Assembly (NCBI GenBank): GCA_031268335.1 | Contig: JAIRXG010000025.1 | Span: 744-64,743 of the forward strand | Direction of reading: 5' to 3' | From: Campylobacteraceae bacterium | GTDB lineage: Bacteria > Campylobacterota > Campylobacteria > Campylobacterales > Campylobacteraceae | DNA: 64,000 bases | In this document: positions 28,231-38,647 of the stretch, in pieces | How positions within the stretch are numbered: the stretch's first letter is position 1 | Layout of the letters: each line of letters begins with the position of its first letter | Made by a program: the position numbers and the translations under genes | Notes under the pieces: model-generated | Databases searched by the model: none | What the model was told of the DNA's origin: nothing | The model's input: the letters and a program-made list of their open reading frames with translations, nothing else

Positions 28231-30187
28231 ATTTGAGTATAAAAACGCCGTAGAAAAGCTAAACGTTTGGGCACATGCATATTATGTTTTGGATGCGCCG
28301 TTAGCTACCGACAACGAGTATGACGAACTTTATCATAAAGTGATGGATTTTGAGAGACAAAATCCGGCATTGATAGAACCTTTGTCGCCTACTTTGCGTG
28401 TCGGCGGAGATGTTTTGGAAGGATTTGAAAAAGCTTCGCACATAACTCGTATGTGGAGCATGGAAGATGTTTTTGACGAGCAGGATTTGAAAGATTGGGT
28501 ATGGCGCGTTTCAAAAACAAAGAGAGAATTTACATTTTATTGCGAACCAAAATTTGACGGGGCTAGCTTAAATCTTATATACGAAAACGGCGCGCTTAAA
28601 CAAGCTATAACGCGCGGAGACGGCTATATCGGCGAGGATGTTACAAACAATATCAAAACTATTCGTTCGATTCCGCTTCGTATTAATTATGATAAAACGC
28701 TTGAAGTTAGAGGCGAAGTGCTGATAAAGAAGACGGATTTTGAAAGTCTTAATAAAGAGCGCGAGTTAAATGCGGAACCCCTCTTTGCAAATCCCAGAAA
28801 TGCCGCCGCAGGAAGCCTAAGACAGCTCGACCCTTCTGTTACGGCAGGAAGAAAACTTATATTTTATCCATGGGGAATTGGGCAAAATAGTCTTGAATTT
28901 GCGCATCTTAGCAAAAAAATGGATTTTGTCTATTCGCTAGGTTTTTTACAACCGCCTATGAGACTTACAACTAAGAGTTTTGACGATGTGTGCGAGTTAC
29001 ATGACAAATTTATACAAAAACGCGATGAAATTTTGATGATGATGGATGGAATGGTAGTCAAAGTCGATGAAGTGGCGCTTCAAGAAGAGCTTGGCTATAC
29101 GATAAAATATCCGCGCTGGATGGTTGCGTTCAAATTTCCGCCTGCCGAAAAAAACACGCAAATTTTAAGCATATCTTTGCAAGTGGGACGCACCGGAGTA
29201 GTAACTCCCGTTGCCAATGTAAAACCTATAGATATTGAAGGCGTTGTCGTTGAGCGCGCGACTTTACATAATTTTGACGAGATAAAAAGAAAAGATATAA
29301 GAGTAGGGGACTTTGTTACCATCATTAGAAGCGGCGATGTTATACCGAAGATTATACAAGTACAAACCGCTAAACGTGTTGGCAATGAGGTTGTTTTAAA
29401 TAGACCGCTTGTGTGTCCGATTTGCAATGGCGAACTTTTGGACGAGGGCGCTTTGATAAAATGTCAAAATCTTACATGTGATGCAAGGGTAGAAGCGTCT
29501 TTGATATTTTTTGCTTCAAAACAGGCTTTAAATATAGACGGGCTTGGTAAAGAGATAGTGCGCGCTCTTTATCGTGCCGGTCTTATAAAAAGTATTTTGG
29601 ATATTTTCTCTTTGACTAAAGAGCAGCTTTTAAAACTTGACGGTTTTAAAGATAAAAAGGCGCAAAATTTAATAGAAGCAGTCGCAAATACAAAAGGAAG
29701 CGAACTGTGGCGAGTTATTAATGCTCTTGGTATCGAGCATATAGGCGAAGCGGCGAGCAAAAAAACAGCGCAAAGTTTCGGACTTGATTTTATAAATGCA
29801 AGCGAAGAGCAAATTTTGGAGCTTGAGGGTTTTGGAAAAGAGATGGTCGCTTCTTTGAAAGAGTTTTTACATGTAAATAGGGATTTGATAGCTAAATTAT
29901 TGGATATTATAGAACCTAAAGTTAGTAAAAAAGATATTGCCGATAATATTTTAAAAGGAAAATCAATAGTTTTGACGGGAGCTTTAAGCCGCCCTCGAGA
30001 CGAAGTAAAAGATATGTTGGAGAGTTTTGGCGCAAAAATAAGCTCATCTGTTTCCAAAAAGACCGATCTGGTTATTTTCGGAGAAGATGCGGGAAGCAAA
30101 CACGAAAAGGCGCTTTCATTAGGTGTGGAACTTATGAGCGAGAGCGAATTTGAACTCTTTTTAAAAGAAAATAACCTCTACATGTAA
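28223..30187 (+). CDS. ligA: NAD-dependent DNA ligase
   Basis: 654 aa. It has the adenylation motif CEPKFDGAS, a Zn finger (CPICNGEL..C..C), HhH repeats and a C-terminal BRCT domain. Confidence 0.97.
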   Translation: MDKFEYKNAVEKLNVWAHAYYVLDAPLATDNEYDELYHKVMDFERQNPALIEPLSPTLRVGGDVLEGFEKASHITRMWSMEDVFDEQDLKDWVWRVSKTKREFTFYCEPKFDGASLNLIYENGALKQAITRGDGYIGEDVTNNIKTIRSIPLRINYDKTLEVRGEVLIKKTDFESLNKERELNAEPLFANPRNAAAGSLRQLDPSVTAGRKLIFYPWGIGQNSLEFAHLSKKMDFVYSLGFLQPPMRLTTKSFDDVCELHDKFIQKRDEILMMMDGMVVKVDEVALQEELGYTIKYPRWMVAFKFPPAEKNTQILSISLQVGRTGVVTPVANVKPIDIEGVVVERATLHNFDEIKRKDIRVGDFVTIIRSGDVIPKIIQVQTAKRVGNEVVLNRPLVCPICNGELLDEGALIKCQNLTCDARVEASLIFFASKQALNIDGLGKEIVRALYRAGLIKSILDIFSLTKEQLLKLDGFKDKKAQNLIEAVANTKGSELWRVINALGIEHIGEAASKKTAQSFGLDFINASEEQILELEGFGKEMVASLKEFLHVNRDLIAKLLDIIEPKVSKKDIADNILKGKSIVLTGALSRPRDEVKDMLESFGAKISSSVSKKTDLVIFGEDAGSKHEKALSLGVELMSESEFELFLKENNLYM

Positions 30188-30196
30188 AGAGAAAAT

Positions 30197-31060
30197 ATGT
30201 TTTCGCATAAACTTAGCAAAAACGAAATACACGCGTTGGCTATCGGTCAGTTTGACGGTATACACAGAGCTCATAAAGAGCTTTTTAAACAACTTGGAAG
30301 ACGCGGCGGAATACTTATAATAGACAAGAACGAATCGGTCGTTATGCCGAAAAATAGAAGGGATGAGTATGTTTTGCATCCTTGTTTTTATTATAATTTG
30401 ACGGATATTAAAAATTTAAGCGGAGAAGAGTTTGTCGCTCTTTTAGAGAAAGATTTTCCCTCTTTGCAAAAAATAGTCGTAGGATATGACTTCCGTTTTG
30501 GTAAAAATAGAATGTTTGGAGTAGAAGAACTTGATAAGATATATAAGGGTAAATTGGTGATTGTGCCCGAGTTTTGCTATGATGGTATATCTGTTCATAT
30601 GTCTAAAATAAAAGCGCTTTTAGCTTTAGGCGAAATATTTCAAGCAAATAGACTTTTAGGACGCGAATATTCTATCTTGGGCGAAGTAAAAAAAGGGCAG
30701 GGAATCGGCGGCAAACTACTCTTTCCTACTGTAAATTTGGATGTAGAGGACTATTTTATTCCTCTAAATGGAGTATACGCAAGCAGGATTAGGATAGCGG
30801 ATAAGATATATGACAGTGTGGCATTTGTGGGAAAACGCGTCAGTACGGACGGATTATTTTCGCTTGAAGCTTACGCTATGGAGGTTGAAATACATGCAAA
30901 AGAGGGAGAGGAAATAGAGTTGTTTTTTGTTGAGTATTTAAGAGAAAATAGAAAATTTGAAAGTATAGAGAAGCTTAAAGAGCAGATACAAAAAGATATA
31001 ATAGAGGCAAAAGAGGCACTCAAAACTTGTAAAATATATCCGCAAGGCGTTAAAAATTGA
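30197..31060 (+). CDS. ribF: Bifunctional riboflavin kinase / FAD synthetase
   Basis: 287 aa. Blocks are AIGQFDGIHRAH, GYDFRFG, GxGIGGKLLFPTVNL and EFLRENRKFES-like sequence. Confidence 0.88.
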   Translation: MFSHKLSKNEIHALAIGQFDGIHRAHKELFKQLGRRGGILIIDKNESVVMPKNRRDEYVLHPCFYYNLTDIKNLSGEEFVALLEKDFPSLQKIVVGYDFRFGKNRMFGVEELDKIYKGKLVIVPEFCYDGISVHMSKIKALLALGEIFQANRLLGREYSILGEVKKGQGIGGKLLFPTVNLDVEDYFIPLNGVYASRIRIADKIYDSVAFVGKRVSTDGLFSLEAYAMEVEIHAKEGEEIELFFVEYLRENRKFESIEKLKEQIQKDIIEAKEALKTCKIYPQGVKN

Positions 31061-31773
31061 AAGATAGAGTTTTTGAAAAACCGATAAGCAAGCAGTTTGA
31101 ATTTGACGATAAAGTTGCGAGCGTATTTGACGATATGTTAAGCCGTTCAATTCCATTTTATGCGGAAGTTTTAAATCTTGTTTGTGAACTTGCAATAAAA
31201 TATGCCGCGCCAAATTCATCTATAATCGACCTTGGCTGCTCAACGGCAAACACGCTTTTAAATGTCGGCAAAAAAACATCTGTCCCTCTAAAGCTTATAG
31301 GTATAGATAATTCCGCGGCTATGATAGAGCGAGCAAGAAAAAAAGCGCAAGCATACGGCGTAAACATAGAGCTTATAGAGGGCGATATCACAAAAAGCGA
31401 TTTTAAAATAAACTCAGTTGTTATAGCAAACTATACGTTTCAATTTATCCGTCCGCCGCAAAGAGTTAAATTAGCTCAAAAGATTTACGAAAGTCTTCAA
31501 GATGGCGGCATTTGTATATTTAGTGAAAAGATAATTTATGAAAATAAAATTCTCAATAAAAAAATAATCGATTTGTATCTGGATTTTAAAAGAGAACACG
31601 GCTACAGCGATTTTGAGATAGCGCAAAAAAGAGAGGCGTTGGAAAATGTGCTTGTGCCTTATAGTGAAGAAGAGAATAAAGAATTGATGAAAAGCGCTGG
31701 TTTTAGCGAAGTGCAAACTGTATTTAAATATGCTAATTTCGCCACATTTTTGGCGATAAAAAACGGCAAATAA
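31057..31773 (+). CDS. cmoA: Carboxy-S-adenosyl-L-methionine synthase
   Basis: 238 aa. FDDKVASVFDDMLSRSIPFY aligns with the E. coli CmoA N-terminus as I recall it. The SAM-MTase motif is IIDLGCSTA. TTG start overlaps the ribF stop. Confidence 0.85.
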   Translation: MKDRVFEKPISKQFEFDDKVASVFDDMLSRSIPFYAEVLNLVCELAIKYAAPNSSIIDLGCSTANTLLNVGKKTSVPLKLIGIDNSAAMIERARKKAQAYGVNIELIEGDITKSDFKINSVVIANYTFQFIRPPQRVKLAQKIYESLQDGGICIFSEKIIYENKILNKKIIDLYLDFKREHGYSDFEIAQKREALENVLVPYSEEENKELMKSAGFSEVQTVFKYANFATFLAIKNGK

Positions 31774-32631
31774 ATTACGCAAAATCCCCAATCATTTACA
31801 TGTGATAATTGCATATTGTTTTTTATAATTATAATCCATTAAAATCTTTTTCAAGCGTTTGGATACAATAATCGCATTTAAATTTTCATCGATAACGCCA
31901 AATTTTATACAATCACATATTGTTTTTTTAAGTTGTTATATAAGATTTTACGAATTATTAAATACGAAATATTATTTAAAATAATTACTTCAGCGAAACA
32001 TTTTTTTTGATATCGCTTAAATTTTTAAATAAAGAAAAATTAGTATCAAATGTGATTTAAATAGGTAAAATCAAACAATGATAAATTAACCGATACATAT
32101 CTTATAAATTGAGAACTACCAATAAAGATATGGATTTTGAAGTGCTAAGAGTTGCAAGAAAGCAATAGAAATGATTGTAGTTGTTAAAAATTAATTTATC
32201 AAAAATTACTACCTAAAATAATGTGAAGCAAGTCGATGGCAATACTGTTTTTATTGGCAGAAAAGCACCTCAAAAAACAAAAATCGCCTAAAATAACTGT
32301 AAGTTAAAAAACTCATCAAAATACCAAGATGCTGTCATCAACAAAAAGGCTATTTGTCGCATTAAAAATAGCGCATAAAATGATGAACATTCAAAACCTA
32401 TAAACAAATTTTTGGGATAAATTTTTAGACACCTTTTAGGGTACGATTAAATTGCCATTAAAAGCGTTTTAAAAACTGCTATTTTGAAATAAAATAAAAA
32501 GATATTTTCAATTTAATATATAACACAAGATAGAAAAAATAACAAACATAAAGGACTTTTGTAATTAACAAAATACGAAAGTTACTTACATTTTATTTCG
32601 CAATTCACACAATTAATTGGCAAAAAATTAC

Positions 32632-32886
32632 TTAAGCAAACAAATCTTTTCTGGCACTTTTCAAATGATTGATAACTTTTACTATTTCGTCAAACCCCAT
32701 AGGCGCATCTTCATCTTCCCCAAGAGTTTCATCCATATCGTCCAAGTACGCGTCTATAGCCTCTTCAAGTTTTGCCTTTTTCACGCCGGCAAAATATAAA
32801 GCCACATTTAACATATCGGCAAGTTGTACAGACAAATCTTTTATCTCTTCTTGATAATCGTCTGCTTCATAATTTTCATAACTCAT
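32632..32886 (-). CDS. Small, highly acidic hypothetical protein
   Basis: 84 aa and Asp/Glu-rich (YENYEADDYQEE, DDMDETLGEDEDAP). ATGA overlap with the upstream DHH gene suggests translational coupling. Confidence 0.55.
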   Translation of the reverse strand: MSYENYEADDYQEEIKDLSVQLADMLNVALYFAGVKKAKLEEAIDAYLDDMDETLGEDEDAPMGFDEIVKVINHLKSARKDLFA

Positions 32887-33914
32887 AAATTTCCTTCCTT
32901 TGATTTGATTAGTTCTGTTATTTGATTTTTGATTATATCATACAAAAAACTATCTTTAAAATTTTGCAAAGCGCCTCCGCTTGCATTCGGATGACCGCCC
33001 CCGTTTGCTAATTCGCTTGCGATTTTACTCACGTCAACTTTGTTGTTCGCTCTGAAACTCACAGTTTTTCTCGACGTTACATCCATAAAAAAATCATAAT
33101 CATCGTTTTTGACTAGAAAATCATTTCCAATCGTCGAAGCGCTACCTATATTAAAAGTTAAAATACCTTTATGACCTTTGTAAAAAATTGTCATTCTGTT
33201 TTTCATTTTATTTAATAATTCAACGTTGTAATTAGAAACCAGATTGCTCAAGGTATCGTTTTTATCTGTTTTGAAGAAGTTTTTTTTCATTACATGTATG
33301 TTGTCATCAAGTGTGATATGAGCATCTTTTTTATCAAAAAAATCGCAGCTTTGCTTCAAGAGCGAAAACATAAATTGCGTGTTCGCTTCATCAAACATAA
33401 TGCGATTTAATTCTTTGGCATTTGCTACCATTCCAAGACACACTTTGCCAAGTTCAAAATCTTTATCGTCGCTTTGCCATATATCAACCGCATTGATAAC
33501 ATTTGCAAGTTTTGACAAATTATCGTTTTTGCCGTAAAGCGATGAGAAAAAATCATAAGTTATTTTTGTAGCGCTGCGTTTTGTATCCAACAAATACCAA
33601 TGGTTGCGATTTGCTGTTTCTTGACCGCTTTGATGGTGGTCAAAAAGCATAAGTTTTATGTTTTTATTTAGGGCTATTTTCTCTTCAAAATTTTTTGCTT
33701 GCTCGGATGTAAGATTTAAGTCCGTTATCAATATAACATTAAGTTTTGCATTTGCAGTTTTCATATCTTCTAAAATTTGAGCGTATCTCTCGTCTATTTC
33801 TCTGCCGTAATTTGAATTGTAAAATCTTACGTTTTTAAAGTAATTTTTTACTATAAATTGACAACCGTAGCCGTCAAGGTCTGTATGTGAGAGATGAAAA
33901 ATATTATAATTCAA
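32883..33914 (-). CDS. DHH/DHHA1-family phosphoesterase
   Basis: 343 aa. The motifs appear in order: HTDLDGYG, ILITDLN, FDHHQSG and GGGHPNASGG. Confidence 0.85.
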   Translation of the reverse strand: MNYNIFHLSHTDLDGYGCQFIVKNYFKNVRFYNSNYGREIDERYAQILEDMKTANAKLNVILITDLNLTSEQAKNFEEKIALNKNIKLMLFDHHQSGQETANRNHWYLLDTKRSATKITYDFFSSLYGKNDNLSKLANVINAVDIWQSDDKDFELGKVCLGMVANAKELNRIMFDEANTQFMFSLLKQSCDFFDKKDAHITLDDNIHVMKKNFFKTDKNDTLSNLVSNYNVELLNKMKNRMTIFYKGHKGILTFNIGSASTIGNDFLVKNDDYDFFMDVTSRKTVSFRANNKVDVSKIASELANGGGHPNASGGALQNFKDSFLYDIIKNQITELIKSKEGNL

Positions 33915-33952
33915 TTATTATTCCTTGGGATTTATTGAGACTTTATGTAAAA

Positions 33953-34357
33953 TCACTCTTTAACGATATCAGATAGCGTAATTGTTTCTAAAAATTCGTC
34001 TATTTTGTTTTGAAAGCGGTTGAAAAACGGCCAAATTTTGCAAAATTCCGCACGATTATTGGGGCAGCTTGTGATAGAGGGAGCGCATTCGAAAATGACG
34101 GTCGGTTTTTTTTCGGCACACTCTACAATCTCTCTTATGGTAAGTTCTTTTGGGTCTTTTGCCAAAATAAAACCGCCGCGAGCGCCTTTGAATGATTTTA
34201 AAACATTTTCCTTTGCCAAACATTGCAATATTTTTGCCAAAAAGCTTTTTGAGATGCCAAGTTGTGTCGAGAGCGTATCAACGTCTTGCGGCGCGTTCCT
34301 TTGGGCTATGATTATTAAAGATAGTAGGGCATACTCACTTGCTTTTGTCAATAACAT
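33953..34357 (-). CDS. Rrf2-family transcriptional regulator (IscR/NsrR-like)
   Basis: 134 aa. MLLTKASEYALLSLIIIA is the N-terminal wHTH. Cys residues (CAPSITSCPN...C) are compatible with a cluster ligand set. It is divergent from rpsO, as in C. jejuni. Confidence 0.88.
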   Translation of the reverse strand: MLLTKASEYALLSLIIIAQRNAPQDVDTLSTQLGISKSFLAKILQCLAKENVLKSFKGARGGFILAKDPKELTIREIVECAEKKPTVIFECAPSITSCPNNRAEFCKIWPFFNRFQNKIDEFLETITLSDIVKE

Positions 34358-34517
34358 AAACTTTTTCCTATTTAAATTATTTTTTAAAATATAATTCTAC
34401 TAAACCCTACCTCGTTTTTAGATTAATCAATATGAAAAAAATTTAAATTTTTTTTTATGTCGTTTTTATATACCATTGAAAAATCTCAAATGTTTTTATC
34501 TGTTTTTGTGTTTTTAA

Positions 34518-34526
34518 TGGTATAAT
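34518..34526 (+). promoter_or_regulatory. Extended -10 promoter element for rpsO
   Basis: TGGTATAAT (TGnTATAAT) is preceded by periodic T-runs typical of Campylobacter promoters. It lies about 47 nt upstream of the rpsO ATG. Confidence 0.5.
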
Positions 34527-34572
34527 TCGCTTCCCCAAGCAATTGGGTAATTTACCAGTCAGGAGGTCAGAA

Positions 34573-34845
34573 ATGGCTTTGGATTCGGCAGCTCGCAAAG
34601 AGATTATTCAAAAATTTGCAAGAAAAGAGGGCGATACGGGCTCTCCGGAAGTACAAGTGGCACTTTTAACGGGTCGTATTGTGTATTTGACAGGACATTT
34701 AAAAGTTAATGTCAAAGACCATTCATCACGATTAGGGCTTTTGAAACTTGTAGGACAAAGAAAACGTTTGCTCAAATATCTAAAAGCAAAAAATTATACT
34801 CGTTATCAAGAAGTTATCAAAGAACTTTCAATAAGAGATAAATAA
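34573..34845 (+). CDS. rpsO: 30S ribosomal protein S15
   Basis: ATG 34573 lies behind an AGGAGG RBS and gives [33 protein letters not shown], the canonical S15 sequence. The ORF-track start at 34543 is an upstream extension. Confidence 0.95.
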   Translation: MALDSAARKEIIQKFARKEGDTGSPEVQVALLTGRIVYLTGHLKVNVKDHSSRLGLLKLVGQRKRLLKYLKAKNYTRYQEVIKELSIRDK

Positions 34846-34852
34846 TGCTTCG

Positions 34853-34878
34853 GAAGTTTTGCATATATGCAAAACTTC
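34853..34878 (+). terminator. Hairpin/terminator after rpsO
   Basis: GAAGTTTTGCATA pairs with TATGCAAAACTTC in a perfect 26-nt palindrome starting 8 nt after the stop. Confidence 0.65.
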
Positions 34879-35007
34879 TGCTTACTCACTTCAAATCTAT
34901 ACAACTTTAATCTAACTTAAAACTTTTACATGCAGTGATATTTATCTACTTGCAACATTTAGTCAATTGGACTAAACATTCTTTATATCAGCATAGTTAT
35001 AATTATA

Positions 35008-35038
35008 CTTGACAATAACACACTCAATGTTGTATAAT
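35008..35038 (+). promoter_or_regulatory. hrcA-grpE-dnaK promoter (-35 TTGACA, -10 TATAAT) overlapping a HAIR-like (HspR) inverted repeat
   Basis: TTGACA is at 35009-35014 and TATAAT at 35033-35038, with an 18-nt spacer. CTTGACA-N7-ACTCAAT (35008-35028) matches the HAIR consensus CTTGAGT-N7-ACTCAAG at 11 of 14 positions with the exact spacing. Confidence 0.45.
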
Positions 35039-35078
35039 TACAAGCAATTAAGACAAAAGAGTGCTAAAAGTGAAGGCG

Positions 35079-35870
35079 ATGTCTAAACAAGATTTGATTT
35101 TAGAAGCTATTATTAAAGCGTATTTGGAAGATAGTTTGCCTATTGGTTCAGCGGAATTGCAGACAAAAATGCCAATAGAAATATCGGCGTCTACCATAAG
35201 AACCTATTTCAATAAACTTTGCAACGAGGGTATTTTGATGCAGCTCCACATAAGCGGCGGCAGAATACCTACAGTAAACGCTTTAAAAAGGTATTGGATA
35301 GAAAAGTTAAAAACCGATACGACTGTAGTATTTGGAAGTTTGAACAATATAAAAAGTGCCCTTAGGGAGTACGAACTTTATTGTACTTTGGAATTTTACG
35401 ATAACGAAGAGTTAAAAGAAGTTATTAAAGTTCAAGACCGCTTCTTGCTTTTGGTTTTTACCAATAGCGAGGTTACTATATCTTACAGCGATGAAGCGGC
35501 AAGGTTTTTAAACGAGCTTTTGGGTTTTAACATCTATGATTTACGCGCTATTTCGGCAAAGGTCGGTTTTAGCGAACTTTGCACAAAATTAGACCAAATG
35601 CTTGTAGGGAAAGTGCTTTTTCAAGAGGGTGAAAATGTCTTATACGAAATGACAAGAGAGAATGACGATAGACTTTTGTACGACTCTTTTAAAAATATTA
35701 GAGCCATTTTAGAGCTTAAAGACGGAATATATTTTGAAGAGGTAGTTCCAAGCGGCTATATGGCTGTAAAGCAGAGAGCCAAAATCGGAGATAACAACGC
35801 TAAAATGTTCTGTTTGGGCAGATTAAATACCGATTTTGAAAGTTTTTTTAATAAAGCTAAGGAGATATAA
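35079..35870 (+). CDS. hrcA: Heat-inducible transcription repressor HrcA
   Basis: It heads the hrcA-grpE-dnaK operon. MSKQDLILEAIIKAYLEDSLPIGS is the wHTH N-terminus. ATG 35079 has a GAAGG RBS, while the ORF track opens at GTG 35061. Confidence 0.85.
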   Translation: MSKQDLILEAIIKAYLEDSLPIGSAELQTKMPIEISASTIRTYFNKLCNEGILMQLHISGGRIPTVNALKRYWIEKLKTDTTVVFGSLNNIKSALREYELYCTLEFYDNEELKEVIKVQDRFLLLVFTNSEVTISYSDEAARFLNELLGFNIYDLRAISAKVGFSELCTKLDQMLVGKVLFQEGENVLYEMTRENDDRLLYDSFKNIRAILELKDGIYFEEVVPSGYMAVKQRAKIGDNNAKMFCLGRLNTDFESFFNKAKEI

Positions 35871-36430
35871 TGAAAGATAAAAAAAGCGAACATGTACATG
35901 CAAAAGGAGGAGAATTGGCGGAAAATGTTTCAAATGTTGATGAAGCGATAAAACAAGATGAAGTTTTACCGAGCTCTGATGAAAGCATAAAAGAGCTTGA
36001 GGAGAAATTAAAATCTTGCGAAGATAAATATATAAGAGCTCATGCCGATTTTGAAAATATAAAAAAGCGTTATGAAAAAGAAAAATACCAAGCTATAGAC
36101 TATGCGCATGAGCAGTTTGCAAGAGATTTATTGCCGGTGATAGATGCGCTTGAGATAGCTTATAAATCGGCAGATGAAGCTGTTGATGAAGTTACAAAAA
36201 AGATAAAAGACGGTATCGGCTTAACGCTTGAACAGTTTAAAAAAGTATTTGAAAAACATGGTATAAAAGAGACTGAAAGCAGCGGCAAGTTTGACCCTAA
36301 TTTTCACAATGCCGCACTGCAAGTGGAGAGCGAAGACAAGGAAAGCGGGGAGATAGTCCAGACTTTTCAAAAAGGTTATACCATTAAAGGTAGGGTGCTA
36401 AGAGCTGCAATGGTCAGCATTGCTCGTTAG
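35870..36430 (+). CDS. grpE: Nucleotide exchange factor GrpE
   Basis: 186 aa. Blocks are RAHADFENIKKR, LLPVIDALE and GYTIKGRVLRAAMV. Confidence 0.95.
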   Translation: MKDKKSEHVHAKGGELAENVSNVDEAIKQDEVLPSSDESIKELEEKLKSCEDKYIRAHADFENIKKRYEKEKYQAIDYAHEQFARDLLPVIDALEIAYKSADEAVDEVTKKIKDGIGLTLEQFKKVFEKHGIKETESSGKFDPNFHNAALQVESEDKESGEIVQTFQKGYTIKGRVLRAAMVSIAR

Positions 36431-36544
36431 ATTGCAATATTGGATATTTTTGCTACATGTTAGTTGCGAAAATGTGTCAATTTAGATTTAAGTCGCCGCT
36501 TTTTAGCGGATTTGGTTGAAAAATTTATTTAAAAGGATAAAAAG

Positions 36545-38431
36545 ATGGGAAAAGTAATTGGAATAGATTTGGGAACAACAAACTCTTGCGTATCGGTATA
36601 TGAAAGAGGCGAGGCAAAAGTTATACCAAATAAAGAGGGTAAAAATACAACGCCTTCAGTTGTGGCGTATACGGACAAAGGTGAGATTTTAGTAGGAGAT
36701 ACGGCAAAAAGACAAGCTGTTACAAATCCACAAAAAACTATCTACTCAATAAAAAGAATCATGGGTCTTATGAGCAATGAGGATAAAGCTGCAGAAGCTA
36801 AAAAACGCCTTCCATACAAAGTTGTAGATAGAAATGGCGCGTGCGCAATAGAGATAGCAGGTAAAGTTTATACTCCTCAAGAGATAAGCGCGAAAGTCTT
36901 AATGAAACTAAAAGAAGACGCCGAAAGCTTTTTGGGAGAGGGCGTAACTGATGCTGTTATCACAGTGCCTGCATATTTTAACGACGCGCAAAGAAAAGCT
37001 ACAAAAGAGGCAGGAACTATCGCCGGATTAAATGTGCTTCGTATTATAAATGAACCTACTTCAGCTGCTCTTGCTTACGGATTGGATAAAAAAGAGGCTG
37101 AAAAGATTATGGTATACGATTTGGGCGGCGGCACATTTGACGTAACCGTACTTGAGACAGGCGATAATGTAGTGGAAGTTTTGGCGACAGGCGGAAATGC
37201 GTTTTTGGGCGGAGATGACTTTGATAATCGCTTGATAGATTGGTTGGTCGGCGAATTTAAAAATGAAAGCGGCATTGATTTGAAAAATGACGTTATGGCG
37301 CTTCAAAGATTGAAAGAAGCTGCTGAAAATGCAAAAAAAGAGTTGTCTTCAGCTAACGAAACAGAGATAAATTTGCCTTTCATTACGGCAGACGCTACGG
37401 GTCCTAAACACTTGGTCAAAAAACTAACAAGAGCGAAATTTGAATCTATGATAGAGGATTTGATAAGCGAAACGGTAGATAAGATAAAAGAGGTCATAAA
37501 AGACTCAGGCGTATCAAAAACCGATATTAAAGAGATTGTTATGGTGGGCGGTTCAACAAGAGTGCCATTTGTTCAAGAAAAAGTTAAAGCGTTTTTCGGC
37601 AAAGAGTTAAACAAATCTGTAAATCCCGATGAAGTTGTGGCTATCGGCGCGGCAATTCAAGGCGGAGTTATCAAAGGCGATGTTAAAGACGTACTGCTTT
37701 TAGACGTTACGCCTCTTAGCCTTGGCATAGAGACTCTTGGCGGAGTAATGACAAAATTGATTGATAAAGGCACGACGATTCCTGCAAAAAAAACTCAAGT
37801 TTTTTCAACGGCCGAAGACAATCAACCCGCAGTTACTATACATGTATTGCAAGGTGAAAGAGATTTCGCCAAAGATAACAAATCTTTAGGTCAATTTAAT
37901 CTTGAAGGTATTCCTGCCGCTCCGCGCGGAATTCCGCAAATAGAAGTTACGTTTGACATAGACGCGAATGGAATTTTGACAGTTTCCGCAAAAGACAAAG
38001 CAAGCGGAAAATTGCAAGAGATTAAAATCACGGGAAGTTCCGGACTTGACGAAAAAGAGATAGAGAAAATGGTAAAAGACGCCGAACTTCATAAAGAAGA
38101 AGATAAAAAGAGAAAAGAGATAGTAGACACGCGAAACAGTGCGGAAGCTTTGGTTCATCAAACAGAAAAATCGCTCAAAGATTTGGGTGAAAATATATCA
38201 GCCGACGATAAAGCCAACATAGAAAAAGCTTTGAATGACCTAAAAGAGACTTTGAAAAATGAAAACGCGAGCAAAGACGAGATTGACGCTAAGGTAAAAG
38301 CTCTAACGGAAGTAAGTCATAAATTGGCTGAAGAGATATACAAAAAAGAGCAGGGCAACAATGCAGGCGAAAACAAAAACGACGCTTCATCAAAAAAAGA
38401 TGATGATGTTATAGACGCCGAAGTAGAATAA
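36545..38431 (+). CDS. dnaK: Molecular chaperone DnaK (Hsp70)
   Basis: 628 aa. It is nearly collinear with C. jejuni DnaK as I recall it ([20 protein letters not shown], and others). Confidence 0.98.
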   Translation: MGKVIGIDLGTTNSCVSVYERGEAKVIPNKEGKNTTPSVVAYTDKGEILVGDTAKRQAVTNPQKTIYSIKRIMGLMSNEDKAAEAKKRLPYKVVDRNGACAIEIAGKVYTPQEISAKVLMKLKEDAESFLGEGVTDAVITVPAYFNDAQRKATKEAGTIAGLNVLRIINEPTSAALAYGLDKKEAEKIMVYDLGGGTFDVTVLETGDNVVEVLATGGNAFLGGDDFDNRLIDWLVGEFKNESGIDLKNDVMALQRLKEAAENAKKELSSANETEINLPFITADATGPKHLVKKLTRAKFESMIEDLISETVDKIKEVIKDSGVSKTDIKEIVMVGGSTRVPFVQEKVKAFFGKELNKSVNPDEVVAIGAAIQGGVIKGDVKDVLLLDVTPLSLGIETLGGVMTKLIDKGTTIPAKKTQVFSTAEDNQPAVTIHVLQGERDFAKDNKSLGQFNLEGIPAAPRGIPQIEVTFDIDANGILTVSAKDKASGKLQEIKITGSSGLDEKEIEKMVKDAELHKEEDKKRKEIVDTRNSAEALVHQTEKSLKDLGENISADDKANIEKALNDLKETLKNENASKDEIDAKVKALTEVSHKLAEEIYKKEQGNNAGENKNDASSKKDDDVIDAEVE

Positions 38432-38438
38432 AACTTTT

Positions 38439-38478
38439 AGGTTGATTTTCTATTCTCTAGTAGGAAATCAACCTTTTT
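38439..38478 (+). terminator. Rho-independent terminator of dnaK
   Basis: AGGTTGATTT (38439-38448) pairs with AAATCAACCT (38465-38474) and is followed by TTTT. Confidence 0.75.
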
Positions 38479-38647
38479 AACTCAACAAAAAGCTTGCATG
38501 CAAGAAGTTTTATCTGTTTTTATTTTTTGATAGGCTAAGCAAAAATATTTTTGGAATTATCTGACAAATAAAATCAACGTTTAAATATTTTTCTGATACT
38601 ATTTTTCACTTGATAAAAATAATTAGTTGAATATAAAAGGAGCGATT

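Noticed and set aside
35059-35067. A canonical CIRCE operator upstream of hrcA
   Set aside because: Only the right half (GAGTGCTAA) is present. The sequence 9 nt upstream does not match TTAGCACTC, so I report it only as a half-site.
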